Shown piece after piece: positions 24,381 to 38,060 of a stretch of DNA of 64,000 nt. Origin of the DNA: Callorhinchus milii. Lineage: Eukaryota. A program made the translations under genes and the position numbers. The DNA lies in the NCBI RefSeq assembly GCF_018977255.1, contig NW_024704743.1, positions 80,602,001-80,666,000 of the forward strand. Direction: 5' to 3'. Position 1 is the stretch's first letter; each line of letters starts with the position of its first letter. Below the pieces are notes generated by a model that ran no database searches, was not told where the DNA came from, and worked only from the letters and a program-made list of their open reading frames with translations.

Positions 24381-24945
24381 TTAGATTCAAGCTGCAAGAG
24401 AGAAGACAACTTGAACTGAAAATTGCAAACAGTAATGTTGAGAAATCATGCAGAAAAACATCTTATAAAATAGTACTTTCAAAATGTTAAAGCATTATCC
24501 ACATTGTAGGCAAATCCTAATTTTAAATCTTGACATTTTAATGATAACTTCACTTAACAGAGTTGTTCACAGTTCAATAGTTTGGTAATAACTGTAAACA
24601 ACAAATACAAAAAACATTTAACTCAATTTCCTCAATTGAACACAAACTAGACTTTCAGATGAAATAAACCTATAACGTATTTAGATTTGAACAAACTAAA
24701 CTTCAGGCACTTTGGTTTGTGCTGCTATTGTCAATCTCCAATTAAAACGAGTCACGTAAGAAGTTATGTGACTTTCAGTAACCTAAACACAAGTAAATCA
24801 AATGAAACAGAAAATGTAGTCAAAATATAGAATAATTATCAGAAGTTAAAATGGAACTCGTCCCTCTCTACAAGAATGGCTTGATAGAGAATTACAATTG
24901 AGATGTTCTGGTCGTTGAAAGTGTCAACACAAATCTGTGTGACAA

Positions 24946-25054
24946 TCACAGATTGTGCTGTTTTTTCTGATTTTCAATAGATCTCTTCAGAGTTGTGTCA
25001 ACTGAAAGGTCAGACTGTTTAACATCTCCATTATCACATCCAATGACTGGGCAC
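24946..25054 (-). CDS. NSMCE2: NSMCE2 last coding exon (end of SP-RING)
   Basis: Acceptor tttgtttctgtaatag|G, phase 2; (R)CPVIGCDNGDVKQSDLSVDTTLKRSIENQKKQHNL*. Matches the vertebrate NSE2 C-terminus CPxIGC...SDL..D..L.R.IEN (recalled, not searched). Confidence 0.95.
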
Positions 25055-27299
25055 CTATTACAGAAACAAAGTGAATTGATTTAAAAAAAATACTAAATGT
25101 GTTTCTAGCCTTTGAAACAATAGTTTTGCAAGAATGGATATTGTTCCCAAGTAGTCATTGGGCCGTTTCTTAATCTTCAAACAAATTCCAAGACTACATT
25201 ATCTTCATGTATCAAGACAGTGATATATTTTCTATTGCCTGTTGTTTTCTATTACATTTGATTTTAGCAGCTTAGAGCTACTTTCTGCACTGTTAGTTGT
25301 GATAGGGTGATTGTCACAATTTTATTGCTCAATTTTAGCTGATGGAATGCACTTATGAAAAATTCTGAAATTAATGTGTTAAATATCTCAAATTATATGT
25401 GCAAATTATATTTTTGAGACATATTATCAATCTCATATGATGGGAGCTGGTTGTGACTAGCTTGACTAGCTATTGTTTCGATTCGGAAAGAGGATCAGAA
25501 GGAGACTGAGCGAATTGGATGTGCCATGATATAATTGGACGTGCCAAAAATATCTGGATACATTCGGATAATTGAATTGGACTTGCCATAATAGAAATGG
25601 ACGTGCTGAAATACCTGGACACTTTTGGATGATCGAACTGAGAAATGTACAACAATATTTGGGTACCTTTTGAAGAGCCATTAAAAGGACACATTAAAAT
25701 GGACATTAAATTGGACATTGCTCCTCTATTTCTATTTTTGTACAACATTTATGTCAGTCATTACTTTACCACAGGGTCACAAATATAAATTAAGCCTTAC
25801 ATTTAATGTCATTTCCCTTCTTAAGATACTACTTACTTTCAGATACCTCACAAATCGACTTTGCACAAGCCCATATAGCATGCACTGATTTCCGCGTGTA
25901 ATAATAAAAACAGCTCAATGAAAACCAACAAGATTTTCTCAACCTCATATTTTAGAAGAAATATCAATAATCTTTTAGTTGTTTTTTTTGGTCCAATTAA
26001 AATTCTTTAACATGATAGATAATTTACTGAAACTCTTCTACAATTCCAGAGTATATAAAGTGAAGTAAAAAAAACTTCACAGAAGGTGTTTACCCAATTA
26101 TTAAATAAGAATTTGCAATGCTACACTTCAAGATACCTTTTCTATCATTCAAAACATAAACCTATATTTTTGTCTCTTTGGATTTCTCTCCTGCACTTCA
26201 CTTTGCAGTAAAATAAATCATCCTCTCATCCGGACATTTCACAATACACATCAGCTGAAACTAGGTCCTCCCAATAATTGATGAACATGACTGTGGGAAT
26301 AGTGTTTGACATACTCTGAGAAACAATACGTTTGCTGAATCTCTCAGATGTGCAGGATCAAGGGATCTCAGCTACCGTAGAAGATGGGAAAGGAATGTTA
26401 GCACAGCCTGAGGAAATGACTTGTTTACTGTAACGTCAAATAAGTGCACTTGAGGAACTTCTCCCATCAACCAAATGTGCATTGACCACCTACCTGTCTT
26501 TTCTGTCTTATTTAAGGAACAGTGGAGATAAAGAAAAATGAAAACTGTCACAGTAATGATAGCAAGTATATAACTGCTGTGTTAGTTTGAGTTCTTATTT
26601 TAGGTTAAAGACACTCGATGACAGTATATTTGAAAGAAATAAAGCATCAATTAATTTTATTGGGTGTTAAATTTAGGTCAATGGTGATACATTAACAGCT
26701 CACAAGTAAGACATATAATTCAAGGGCACTATGGGCAAAAGGAAGAAACAAGTCTTTTGGATGAAAGATGGAATGTGAGTAATGCAGCCAGTGTTGCAAT
26801 ATTCTATTTATTCCATGGACAATTCATTTTAACTTTAAACATGTCTGGGAATTGGACTCCTCTGGCTTCAGTATACATTCCAGGATGCTTGATGGTGGAA
26901 TAGGGAGGTTAATCAGATTGTGGTTTCCTGTTCCAAGTATAAAATTGCTGGAATGTTCATAAAAACAAGGAGTAGTAAGTTTGAAAATAGCCAGTATGCG
27001 TCACTAACAATCAGTTTATAACAAATGCGGTAATACTTAACCGCTAAAAGTGTAGGAATGTGCGGGATTAAAATTCATTAAACGGCATTTTTCTTTCTAG
27101 CCTGGGATCCAAATATGCAAATATGCGAGAAAACTGCCCCACAAGCGACAAGATTTTTGTAGCATAATATGAACGGTGTCATATCTGAGTGCTCAGCAAA
27201 TAAAAAGGGCTTATCAAACTCTAGTGGGTACCTAGAGTTTTTACCACGTAGGAGGACTTTTTGACATCAGTCTACCTATAAGTACTTAAATCAGATCCT

Positions 27300-27985
27300 A
27301 TCTCTCACATCGGCTCCACTTTGTCTCAAATGGTTTCTTCTCCAGTCCTGCACCATCTCGTGCGGTGTTCCTCAGGTTCTCTCCTCGTCAACCTGTTCAT
27401 GCTCCCTCTTAGTGATATCATCCAGACATGGATGGTCAACTTCCACTTGTACACAGATGACCCCCAACTCTATCTCTCTGCCTCCACTCTCGACTCCAGG
27501 ACCACTGCTGTCCTGACAGACTGTCTGTCAGATATCAAGTCCTGGATGAGAACCAACTTTCTACAGTTGAACATCACCGAGCCCGAGGCTCTCTTGATTG
27601 GCTCGCGCCAGCGCTTCCTTACCCCAGGCACTGGCAACATCAGCATCCATGGTTGCACACTCCACCTCACCAAGCCAGTCAGGAACCTGGGTGTCTTGTT
27701 CGACCCTCAACTATCCTTTCTCCCCCACATCGGTTCCATGACCCGCTCTGCCTTCCCCCACCTCCGCAACATTGCCTGACTCCACCACTGCCTCACCCCA
27801 TCCCACATTCCCTTTTCCTCGCTCCCTCCCTTGCCTCCTTCAAGGCCCTCCTCTTCAATCATGTCTTCGGCCACCCTCCTACCCTCTCTGCCCCCACACC
27901 CCCCCACTCGAGTCCTAATCACTGTTCAGTGCCATGGGTGTCCTCCCAATGTGAAAGGCGCTTTACAAATGTAATTTTGTATTGT
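27300..27985 (+). mobile_element. L2 LINE fragment with internal deletion
   Basis: FHLYTDDPQLYLS...CLSDIKSWMRTNFLQLN...VRNLGVLFDPQLSF (L2 RT), joined to an L2 3' tail. Confidence 0.92.
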
Positions 27986-28530
27986 AGTGTATTAATTAAA
28001 TAGATTTGTTGACCACTCAGGAGTGAGATGATTTAAACCCTTGTAAATAAGGAAAGGAGTTGCCCATTAAAACTTTCAAAGACTGGAAGGAAGTCAGGAA
28101 TGAAAGAAACTGCTAATTGTGTTTAGAAAATGTTTGTACAACAAGCTTCTGTTACAATTAATGCAGATATCTACCTCACCTGATTTATTTATCTGATTTC
28201 AGACAATGCAGCAGCAGTAGTTGTGCTATAGTTCACTTCAGCAAATCTGTTACAGTAGCACTTTAGTCAAGCGGTCTTTTGTCCTGATAGCAATCGCTAC
28301 TGGAAGTGCGCTAAGTCTCTTATTGGGCAAAGCACAAGGATGAAGATAAAAAACCCTACCATTGAATATCCTGTTGATATTTTTGAGAATCAAACATGAA
28401 TGATGGCAACTTGGGCCAGGAATGGAAGGGTGACCCACACTTGTGGAACCGTACCCCAGTAAAGGAGTCTGTGTAGCAAGGTGAGAGAAATTCAAGAAAA
28501 TTAACAAGCAAAACATTGTTAAAAATTTAC

Positions 28531-28637
28531 CGGGCTTTCTTCTTTTGTCTGCGTTTGTTCTGGATTATTTTTATTATGGCTTCCTCTTCATAGTTGTGAC
28601 CACAAATTTTATTTTTCACGGGACGTTCCATTTCCTT
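28531..28637 (-). CDS. NSMCE2: NSMCE2 penultimate coding exon (SP-RING core)
   Basis: tgcttttgcag|AAG...CCCG|gtaaat; 107 nt, phase 0 to 2; KEMERPVKNKICGHNYEEEAIIKIIQNKRRQKKKAR contains the PV...CGHxY motif. Confidence 0.96.
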
Positions 28638-28649
28638 CTGCAAAAGCAC

Positions 28650-29025
28650 AAACAACAACAACAACAAATTACACTTTTATAGCCCCTGCAAAGACGTCCA
28701 GGGGCGCTGGACCCAATCTGGGGTCAGAAGGGGAGGAGGGTAGGGGGGTGAGGGTCGGAGGGTGGCTGAAGGCACGGTTGAAGAGGAAGGTCTTCAGATG
28801 GGACTTGAAGGAGAGGGGTTGAAGCTGAGGGATTGCGGGATAGAGTTCCAGAGTGTGAGGGCAGATATGTTGAATGCCCGACCACAAATGGTGGGGCGGG
28901 AAGTGTGGGGGACTTGAAGCAGGCCAGTGTCTGCCAAATGGAGGGAGCGGACAGGCTAATATGGGTTATGAGGTCAGAGAGGTGGGGGGAGCAAGACCGC
29001 GGAGGGCTTTGAAGATGAGAACAAA
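28650..29025 (-). mobile_element. L2 LINE 3' fragment
   Basis: SFKSHLKTFLF peptide; (AAC)n tail at the left, abutting the NSMCE2 acceptor. Confidence 0.85.
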
Positions 29026-29303
29026 GGTTTTTCTCCCTTCTACTTTTTCACTTTATTTAATGAACCACAAAGCATTTTGTGGTCAATCAGTCAGGTAAAC
29101 GTGCTGTTTGCAGGTCGCTGCCAATAGCATTCTAGCTACAGTATCTTAATAAGATGTGAGCAAGAAAATTACGACCAAAACAAAAAAAAGGGAGATTACA
29201 AGAGGTTGTTAAAATGACTGCTGAAACCAAGCAGCATTGAAAACAAGACAAATGGCTTCTTTCTGTTCTATGAACATCCTATGCTATGAAATAATCTGAC
29301 ATC

Positions 29304-29618
29304 AGTCCTGTAGCTCAGTGGTTAGAGCACTCGCCTTGCAAGTGAGACACCTGGGTTCAATTCCAGAAGGGTGAAACCTTGGGCAAGTTTCCTTACTTCA
29401 CAACCTAATAATAATCCCTCCAAAAAAAAATTATAAATTGGTCATTTTCAATCCATGACTGTTTGTGGGACATTGCTGTGCGCAATTGGCTGCTGCGTTT
29501 TGCCCACAAATATAGTCAATTCACTTTACAGCATATTCTGTGAAAAAGCATTTTAAGACATCTAGAAGACGTGAAAAGCCCTCTATCAAATGCAAGGATT
29601 ATTATTATTATATTATTA
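29304..29618 (+). mobile_element. Young tRNA(Ala)-derived SINE, full length
   Basis: Head, core and (ATT)n tail. Confidence 0.93.
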
Positions 29619-30213
29619 TCAAGTACAGTTTATACAGCATTTTCACTTCCATTGAAAAAATAGATATGAACCACCACCATTTTAACTTGTGAAATGCAAG
29701 TTTCACCCACCCCCCCACCCACACACACCCAGATCCAAAACAATAACATTATTGGCAATGGAGGTAACATACATGAAAGATTTTCAATCAAAGAGTGTGC
29801 ATTCCCTCCAGTCACTTTTGATCTAAATTCAAAGGGCTGAAAAGCAGCTTTCTGTGCATTAAAGTCAATGAATGTTTTGAATCTGTAATTCAACTGTTTT
29901 GCTTTGCTGCATTAATAATCCTTACATTTGGCATAGCATATTTCACGCCGGGAGGACGTCTCAAAGCACTCCACAAGATTTAACGTTAAGTGCCGTAACT
30001 GTATTTTGTAGGCAAACGAAGCAGCCAATTTGCCCACATTAAAATTCTGCAAACAACCATGAAGTGAATAAACTTTCAATTTTAGGATGTCACCATAACA
30101 AAGCTGTAGCAAATACGTATTTTGAAATGAGTTAAAATAAATTCATAGGTGTTTGATTGCTGACTGCAAGCAGTAAATGTACTTGAACAAATAGTTCTCA
30201 GAATGTGCTGTAC

Positions 30214-30314
30214 CTGTGTAATGGGGCATGTGAAATTCCTCTGGGTCTGGGTGACTGCAATGTCTTCATCAACTTCCGTGGTGGAGGTGCTCTCATTCTG
30301 CCATTCACCACTAA
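30214..30314 (-). CDS. NSMCE2: NSMCE2 coding exon (start of SP-RING)
   Basis: ggacttttcag|TT...CAG|gtacag; 101 nt, phase 1 to 0; SGEWQNESTSTTEVDEDIAVTQTQRNFTCPITQ matches the NSE2 motif VDEDIxVTQ.Q.NFTCPIT. Confidence 0.96.
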
Positions 30315-32904
30315 CTGAAAAGTCCAGAGAAATAGCATGAGAAACCTAATATTATTATTTATTTTGTGGCCATCTTAACTATTTTACTGATTCAAGATCT
30401 TTCATTCAAACAAACACTCCCGAAAAGAACATATTTTGAGTTAATCGGTTCCATTGTTATGGAATTTGAAACCACACAAAAAAAATCTCTTAGGGTTTTC
30501 TTCATTCTTTCAATTAAGGGCATTCTTCATACAATGAATGATCTGATTTCAACACCAGTAGTAAAATAATTTGGTTTCTACGAAAAGGGACCGTCTTGCT
30601 TTCAGAAAATTTCTGTATTACACATAATTATATAAATTGTATAGCAAGTTGTGCAACAAGCCATTCAGTTCAATAGTGCATGTCCGAGTTCAAACTCCTA
30701 ATCATTCTGCCACACCTGTTATATTGCTGAAACACCACTGGGAGAACCTTCTCTGCCCCAACATAGCTCTCAGAATCCTGCACTGTACAAGATTTTGTTT
30801 TAAATCAGCCTCATTCCTAACATCATCTATCCACTCTGGAAGGCTTTTTGGTAGTGGGCAAGAGGGAGCTTGCTGCATAGTGGGTGCCAACAGTTTAAGA
30901 ATGATGACTACCATCACATCAGTAGACACACCTGTTTTAAAAGTTATTTTTGTCCATGGCCTGACTGGCAAGTAGAAGCCACCTAGGTCTGGGTACAGAA
31001 CCTGACCTTATAGTTGAGAACATCTATTCTATGAGGAAGTGAGATCAGATAGGTGCTGGCTGCTCAATTCCACATGATGAGTTGTCTGCAGTCTTTGAGA
31101 TGAACCAGGCAATTGTTCAGTACCACAAATTATTTGTAGATTAATTTCTGTGCATCCACATGTCCAGAAGAGTTCCTGACCTCACTCAGTGTGGATATTC
31201 CATTTAGTAGATTGGATGGATGAACAATTAACACACAGCAAGCAAGATGTGACAAATTGGATGAAGACTATCTTCCAACAAAACAAGCAGCAATTGCCAA
31301 TAAGTAGTGCTTTCTGGTAGAAAGAACTGGCCTAAGTCCTGCTTTTGCATGTTTATGCACTAGATTACTGCAACACTGTTCAAATGGCAATAATTTAATC
31401 GCTACCAGAGGCAAATGTACTGTTCAAAATTTGAGTCTGCTGATGTGCCAAGTGGACTCAGCTATCATTCACTAGTCTTACGTCTATGAAGCCTGCAAGT
31501 GAGCTCCCCAATTAAACAGGGCCTATTGATGACAAACTAGCCCTCTGGATCATTGGCAAAACCTTAAAGGACAGACTAGAGGCAATGATTCTTCCCATTG
31601 AGCTCGTTATTCCCACAAACTAAAGTCCCAACTATAGATGTCCCTCATTGGACAAGCAGCAGGAAGCTTGCCAGAAGGGTTATTTAATGGTAAGTTATAC
31701 AAAACTACATTTGTAAAGTGCCTTTGATGTGCTTTAATGCACAAAAGGCGTGTGAAAAAGGCAGTTGGCAAAAGAATGTATGAGATGGGAGGGGGGTGGT
31801 GAGAGTATTGGCAGGGAGGGTGGGAACAAGGATGAGGGAGAAGAAGTTGGCCCCTGGGGTCAGGGTCTGCCGGGGCTTGCAGTGATAGTGGGGAATGGGG
31901 CAGCCAGTGTGGCTACTGCTTGACAGCCAACACTGAGTGCCACGGTGAGAGGCTGGAGTAGAGGGAGACTGTGGGACAGTTAAGATAGTGAGGAGGACAG
32001 AGAGAGAGGAGGACAATGCGGGAGAATTGCAGGGAAGGGAGCATTTTGGGGGAATAGCAGCTCGGGTTGGGGCCAGCAGCCAAGATGCGCATGCCAAGAC
32101 TTGAGGCAAGCGGTTAGTGGGGCATGGTCAGCCCACAGTCATGGAGACTGCAGGGGTTAGAGGTGGTAGAGAGTGGGTAGGGCACTCATTGTGTTATCCA
32201 CCAGGTTGCCCAACCTGGAATATAACACCGAGCAGCCAGGCAATTTGATTTTACTCAGTTAAACTCCAGCAGTGCCTTAACACTCTCTGGGTCCTTAAGC
32301 CTGGGCTTTTTTCAACCTGTGTCTAATACCTTTTTTAGGCAAGCAGTTTGCATTCCTCCAGGGAGAGAGCGCACATTCCATTCCAGATCAATGAGGAAAT
32401 TTCCATGGGGAGGTTGCACACATACGTAGAAGCACATATGATCAGCCTGGTTTTAATTCTCTTAAGCATGGTGGTAGGTTTCTTCTTGTGTCAGACAATC
32501 CAGCTGACTGCAAAAACAGTAAGTACTTTAAAATTGGGGTGAGGGAGGTAATTGGTCATTGCCAATCTGAACCAACCCACATCATCAGAGAGAATGGCAA
32601 TGACATGCTTGCTGAATTTGCCCACTATTATCTCTGGTCTTATTTCTTCTGTCACTGAAATTGTTTGTATGTATACAGTGTTGCATATGCACATTAAAAA
32701 AAATTATACTTGTGGAGCTGACCCATAGCAAAAATATAAACAGCAGCTTCCACTCAACCACCCACATTGATTTGAATTGTGTACCAAGATAACAAGAGCA
32801 CATGGTAAACTACAGACAAATACAGTTCTAACTACTGTATCACTTTTGTTTACATCAATTATGTAGTCTGTTTCAGAACTCATTTGGGGAAGTGCCTGTA
32901 GCGT

Positions 32905-32980
32905 GGAATCCTGTAGCTCAGTGGTTAGAGCACTCACCATGCAAGCAAGAGACCTGGGTTCTATTCCCGGCAGGGCGAAA
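32905..32980 (+). mobile_element. Young SINE, tRNA-like head only
   Basis: GGAATCCTGTAGCTCAGTGGTTAGAGCAC...GGGTTCTATTCCCGGCAGGGCGAAA, then unrelated sequence. Confidence 0.85.
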
Positions 32981-33244
32981 TTGGAGAGTGTGCAGAAATT
33001 AAATGGGTCTTTTAAAGCAACCTTCAGATGAACAGGGTACCCATTAGAAAATATGCATCAGCATTTTAATCCACGTACTCCCTCCAGGTTAATTCTTGGA
33101 ATTTGGCCTCTTCGTGCAAAAGTTTAACACTTTTTTTAAATGTTTAGTTTACCTATCAATTGAGTGATCTATACTTTCATACTTAGATCAAAACTAAAAG
33201 ATCATATTGTAAAATGTGATAAATTATGTTTGGCTCACATGCAA

Positions 33245-33800
33245 ATAGCAACAACTGCAACTTGCAGTCATATAGCTCCCTTCACATCGGGCAGCATTCT
33301 GGAACACTTAACAGTGGCTTGATGTTGAATCAGGGGAGGTAACCGTAGGCAAAGTCAAGGAGGAAGGCCTTCAGGGAGAAGGCAAGATGGATGATTTAAG
33401 GATGAGACTTCCATAATTTGGGCTGAAAGCACAGCCTCCGATGGTGCAATGGAGGGGATGAGGGACAAGCAGGAGGCCGGAGCCAGCCAAGCAGAGGTAG
33501 TGGTGTGGGGAGTAAGCATTTCAGAGAGGTAGGAAGATGTCAGGGCATGAAGCAATTTGTGAAGGAGTTTGAGAATCTTGAAGTTGATCTGTTCTGTAAT
33601 AGGGATCCAGCAGAGCCTGGCAAGGATTGGGATGTTGGGGGTACAGAGTTTGTTTGGGCAAGTATTCAGGCAGTTTTGAATTAGTTGGATATTTTGGACA
33701 GTTGAGCTAGGAAGACAAGTGAGAAGGGATTGGAATAATCAAGGCGGGAGTTGACGAAAGTGTGGATGAGGGTTTCGGCTGTGCTGGGTGTGAGGTACAA
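33245..33800 (-). mobile_element. Older L2 LINE 3' fragment
   Basis: Degenerate LHALTSSYLSEML peptide, (AAC)-type tail at the left, purine-rich plus strand. Confidence 0.75.
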
Positions 33801-35074
33801 ATAATTAACAATAACATTATTTCTAAACTTTCATTTAAAAGCATTCATATTAAGCTTAAAACCCTTTAACCAGTAATTAATGACTGTCATTATCTTGTTG
33901 CAACTATTTTGTATTTTTTCCCCAATGCATGTCTCCTTCATGTCCATTTAATGTAGGATTTAACCAAGGATTTGTTGGCAGAATGGAAATGTTATTGGAT
34001 GATTAAGACAAATTTAATAAAATCCACATCTTACAGGTTTGCATGTTAAGATTCTGTTGTACAAATGTTGGAAAAAGAGTAGGTTGAGTGGAGTAAAATC
34101 TGAACAATTTAGTTTTTTAAATATAACTGAAACTATGCCCAGAGAAGCAGTTTCTCTCATTTAGGTTCATACAGAGTTTAAAAAATATACATTTAATTGA
34201 AGACTTTATCGTAGTGTACAGAACATCAAGAGATGCCAAATCCAGACTAGTGTAATATGTTTATAATAGAATGCAATTTATTAATATCAACTTTCAATTT
34301 AAACAAATAGTGAAATCCTGTTATAAAGCCTCCATGGGCGCTGACTGGTACTTAGGATTCGTAAGATCCGAACCAGTACTATTGCCCCATTATAGTGCTG
34401 GTTAGGATTTTATGGATTTGGTATTTCAAAATGAATGCAGGCATAAGACAGTAGATGTTTTTCTGTCATCTGAGATCATTTAATCTGTTAATTGAAACTC
34501 AATTAAACAATGACTCATAGAATCAACTTCCACTTGACAAACCAAGAGTGTGCTGAGAATGCATTGCTGTGCGTCCTATTCTGGAAATGAACCAGCACCT
34601 TTGTTAGTTTGTGGTGAAATGTGTCTATAAATGTGTCTATAAATTGGGAAACAGCAAATTTAATTTGGATCACTACATAAGTAGCCTATTGAATGAAAAT
34701 CCCATAGTAACACGCAGTATTTTAGCTCATAGGACACATATCAACACCTACAAACTTCCTGATAGAAATGAATACTTGAAGCTAGCAAAGTGGGTTGATT
34801 TCCTTTACGTCTGCATGAAGTACACTGCTGCTTCCACCCACTAATTCGCTATTATCTGGAGCTCATTCATTGATATTGCTTCATTAATTCTGCATCCAAA
34901 CCACCTCAGTAAAAATAATATTCCTGTAATGAGTTTCCTTCCACCCCCACCAAAAATGAGGATACAAAGACATAAATCTTTCATGTTTTACTTTAGCCGT
35001 AAGTGTACAACTGCTTTGGATATTGTTTTTGCAATTTTATTACCACATACCATTACTGTTCATAAAAAAAACAA

Positions 35075-35129
35075 TTTTTGAGACTTATTAGACATTGTAA
35101 CGGTAACATGACCTTTTGGTCACTCTGTA
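35075..35129 (-). mobile_element. Tc1/mariner MITE end fragment
   Basis: Reverse complement TACAGAGTGACCAAAAGGTCATGTTACCGTTACAATGTCTAATAAGTC matches the left end of the 52203 element. Confidence 0.65.
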
Positions 35130-37669
35130 CATTGGTTTGGACACTAGAATGAAAGAAATTAAGTATAATTACTAGCGGTGATGACATTTTTAATTTTCTA
35201 AAAAAAGTAACAAGATTTTGTGTACGGATGCATTATAAACCAAGTTACAATAAATTAGAGGAGCCCCAGAGAATTGCGTCAATCTCGTCAATAGGGTGTT
35301 ATACTCACAATATGGTGCCAAAATATGTTAGTGCAGTCAGAATTTCAGCATTCATACGTGACTCTGTGTGCAGTCATGTAAAATGGCAAGAAGTTTGTGA
35401 CCGGCACAGATTGTGTACCAAATGACTGAAAATCAAAAACATCACCAAGCAACAGACTGGGAAAAGTTTGTGCAAGGTTGGACAGGGGGAGGGAGAATTA
35501 CTTTTAACTTGTTGGGGAAAAGATGCAGTTTCTTGCATCTAACAGCTATATGGCGGCAGAAATTGAGGGCTCTGAAACAGATCTACTAGAACTGTAGAGA
35601 GGGAGTCCTATTATTAGGATAATGTTGGGTACTGGACAATGAGTTTCCTGAAACATAAAATGGACTAAACCTATTAATACATACAATACATGAAATGAAG
35701 ACTGTGATAGCACAATGCTAATCCAATCACAAAACAGTGAGGTTTAAGATCCCCAAATCAGAAGGTAAAATTTTCACATCATGAAATGGCAAGATGTAAT
35801 GCAACTCAAAGCATCGTCTGAGAAGTCAATTATATAAAAGCAGGACCTTTTAGATTCTACTTTCAGGTTTACTCATGTAACAAGTTCAAGATAAATAAAC
35901 AAAAACACCTTTAGAACCGCTTACAGATAAGATCGAGTCTGAACACTTCAGCAAATTCACCGGCTCACAAGCCACATTTAAGCTTTGCATTTGTGCACAG
36001 AATTTCCTGACTGACATTTCTCCAGAAACCATTTGTGCAAAAATACTGAGTTGCTGTATTAGCTTCACAAGAATTAAATTAAAATCCTAGTTGTAGGCTT
36101 CAGGCTCAATCCTGAAAAAGTAAAATGGTGAACCTACTGACACATACAATGTATAAAGCTAAGTTTATGGTAGCACTGAATTACTGTTTTTACAAAAATA
36201 AATTGATGCCAATGGTTAGGAGAGAAAACTATCTAAGGATACTGAGCCAGATTTTTAAATTAATATAGGTAAATCAATAGCCATTTACTCAAGTTCCCTT
36301 GGCATATACAGCCACAGCATTTGAGACCATCTGACCGTATGTCAATTCTGTTCTCTTGGATAGCCAGACAATCATGCTGGGTAACTATAAAGTTCTGCTT
36401 TTGAATCCCTGTGGGTCCACTCAACCCTACAGCCTATTGAGGATAATTGAATGAATTCAAGGTGTAAAACTCAAAGCTCCGTGTGGAGAGCTACGACAGC
36501 CAAATCAATGTGATCTGGAGCTACAGACCTAACAACAACATTGCAAGCCAAACCCCGTCACAGCCAGCCAAATATTGAGTTGTATGATTAATCATCTCCC
36601 TTCACCATCTCCTCCCTCCCCCCCCCACAAAATATTTTCTCCAAGGACATCATTATTCACTATTTAATTTTTCTTTTTAAAAATAGCAGAAAGGAAGAGG
36701 GTCTTAACTACAGTTAATAATAATTACTAGATGTTTTAAAAGGGTATCCGATAATGAGACTTAACAATTTGGATAAATAGTTACTGAAACCATAAATGAT
36801 AGATTACCTATTTCACTGTGAATTTGCTTTTCTAGGAGTTAGAGTGCAGTCCTGCTCTACAAATGTATTCTTTAGTAAAACATTGTAATCTAGGCTATAC
36901 TGAAAGATGCATTGTAGAAATTTGACAAAGCATTTGAACAGCATCAGACAACATATTGGTTTGTATGCTTCCTGTTGCACAACACCTTTTTCAGATTTGA
37001 GTTCACTTGATGAATAAAACAAAGTAAACTCAACAAATATATCAAGTAGATTTAGAATAAATATTAAATTGTAATGCAAATTCACAGCAGGTAGAACTCG
37101 CTTCTGTTGAAAATGCTTCTGGATTGACACAATCTTTTGGTTCTTTCATGAGCCACAAAATGATTGAGTCATTTCACACAAAAATGCTAAAAAAAACAAT
37201 TTAGCGCTTTTTTTTGCAGTTGAACGATCTTTCAAGTTCATCGCCAAAAGTTTAGCACAACATTAACCCACAAAGATGGTATTTCCCTTCCTCAGTCTAA
37301 CAGGACTGGGAAAACTAAAGTGATTTTAGTATATTTGAAAAATCAAATGAATCGACAGCTATCTCTATGTATTGTGAGCTTTAGAGTGTGCAAAATCATG
37401 TTTATAGCATATACACAACAACATCTATATATATTATGGATAGAGGTGAAATTTGGATGGTTTATAACTGCTCAGTGTGTTAATTTTCATCAAATGATAG
37501 CTAATTGAGTTCACACGCAAGCTGTATAGCGCTCTTGTCAGGTAGAGAACTGCGTACAACTCTGGGCATAAACGGACTACCCAGGTATAAGAGGCAGTAC
37601 AGAGGAGAGAAATGAGGATGATTCCCAGTATTTGAGGAATGAGCAATGTTTAGACGATCTGGGTCTCTT

Positions 37670-38060
37670 CAGACTCCAACTCATTAAAAGTCCACTGCCT
37701 CATTAGGGTTAGGATATATAAACACAAGTTATTGTTGTCTCAGAGAGGACCTGATAGAGATATACAAGCATTTAATGGGATTGAGTAGGCTAAGAATAAT
37801 ATTTGTGGATACACCTAGATAGCACAATGATCGTAGGTTTACATTTCAAAGGGAAATTTCAAGTCAGGCACAAGGAAGTATTTTGTTTACGAAGAATTAA
37901 TGAGTGGAACAATCCTTTACCAGGAAGCATGACTGAGGTCAACATGCTGGACTCATTTACAAAACATCTTGATGCTGTGATGGGAAGATGGTAGGGTGGA
38001 CATTCTGAAAGGTTGAGATGAGATAGCCTTCTTCATCCAAACTAATCTTGTGATCACCAG
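37670..38060 (+). mobile_element. Degraded CR1 3' fragment
   Basis: CTCAGAGAGGACCTGATAGAGATATACAAG (LRxDLIExYK) and INEWN..LP..M.E...LDSF.KHLD. Confidence 0.65.

Noticed and set aside
24927..24958. Hairpin overlapping the NSMCE2 UGA stop (readthrough or Sec signal?)
   Set aside because: The stem is short, there is no CUAG readthrough context or SECIS seen, and the protein ends where orthologues end.
25513..25610. CRISPR-like spaced repeats
   Set aside because: Eukaryotic context; the spacers are themselves homologous, and no cas genes are present.
26494..26544. Possible extra NSMCE2 exon (ctgtgacag|...ACAG|gtaggt)
   Set aside because: It contains a stop in the required phase-2 frame, and the flanking exons already join into a complete SP-RING.
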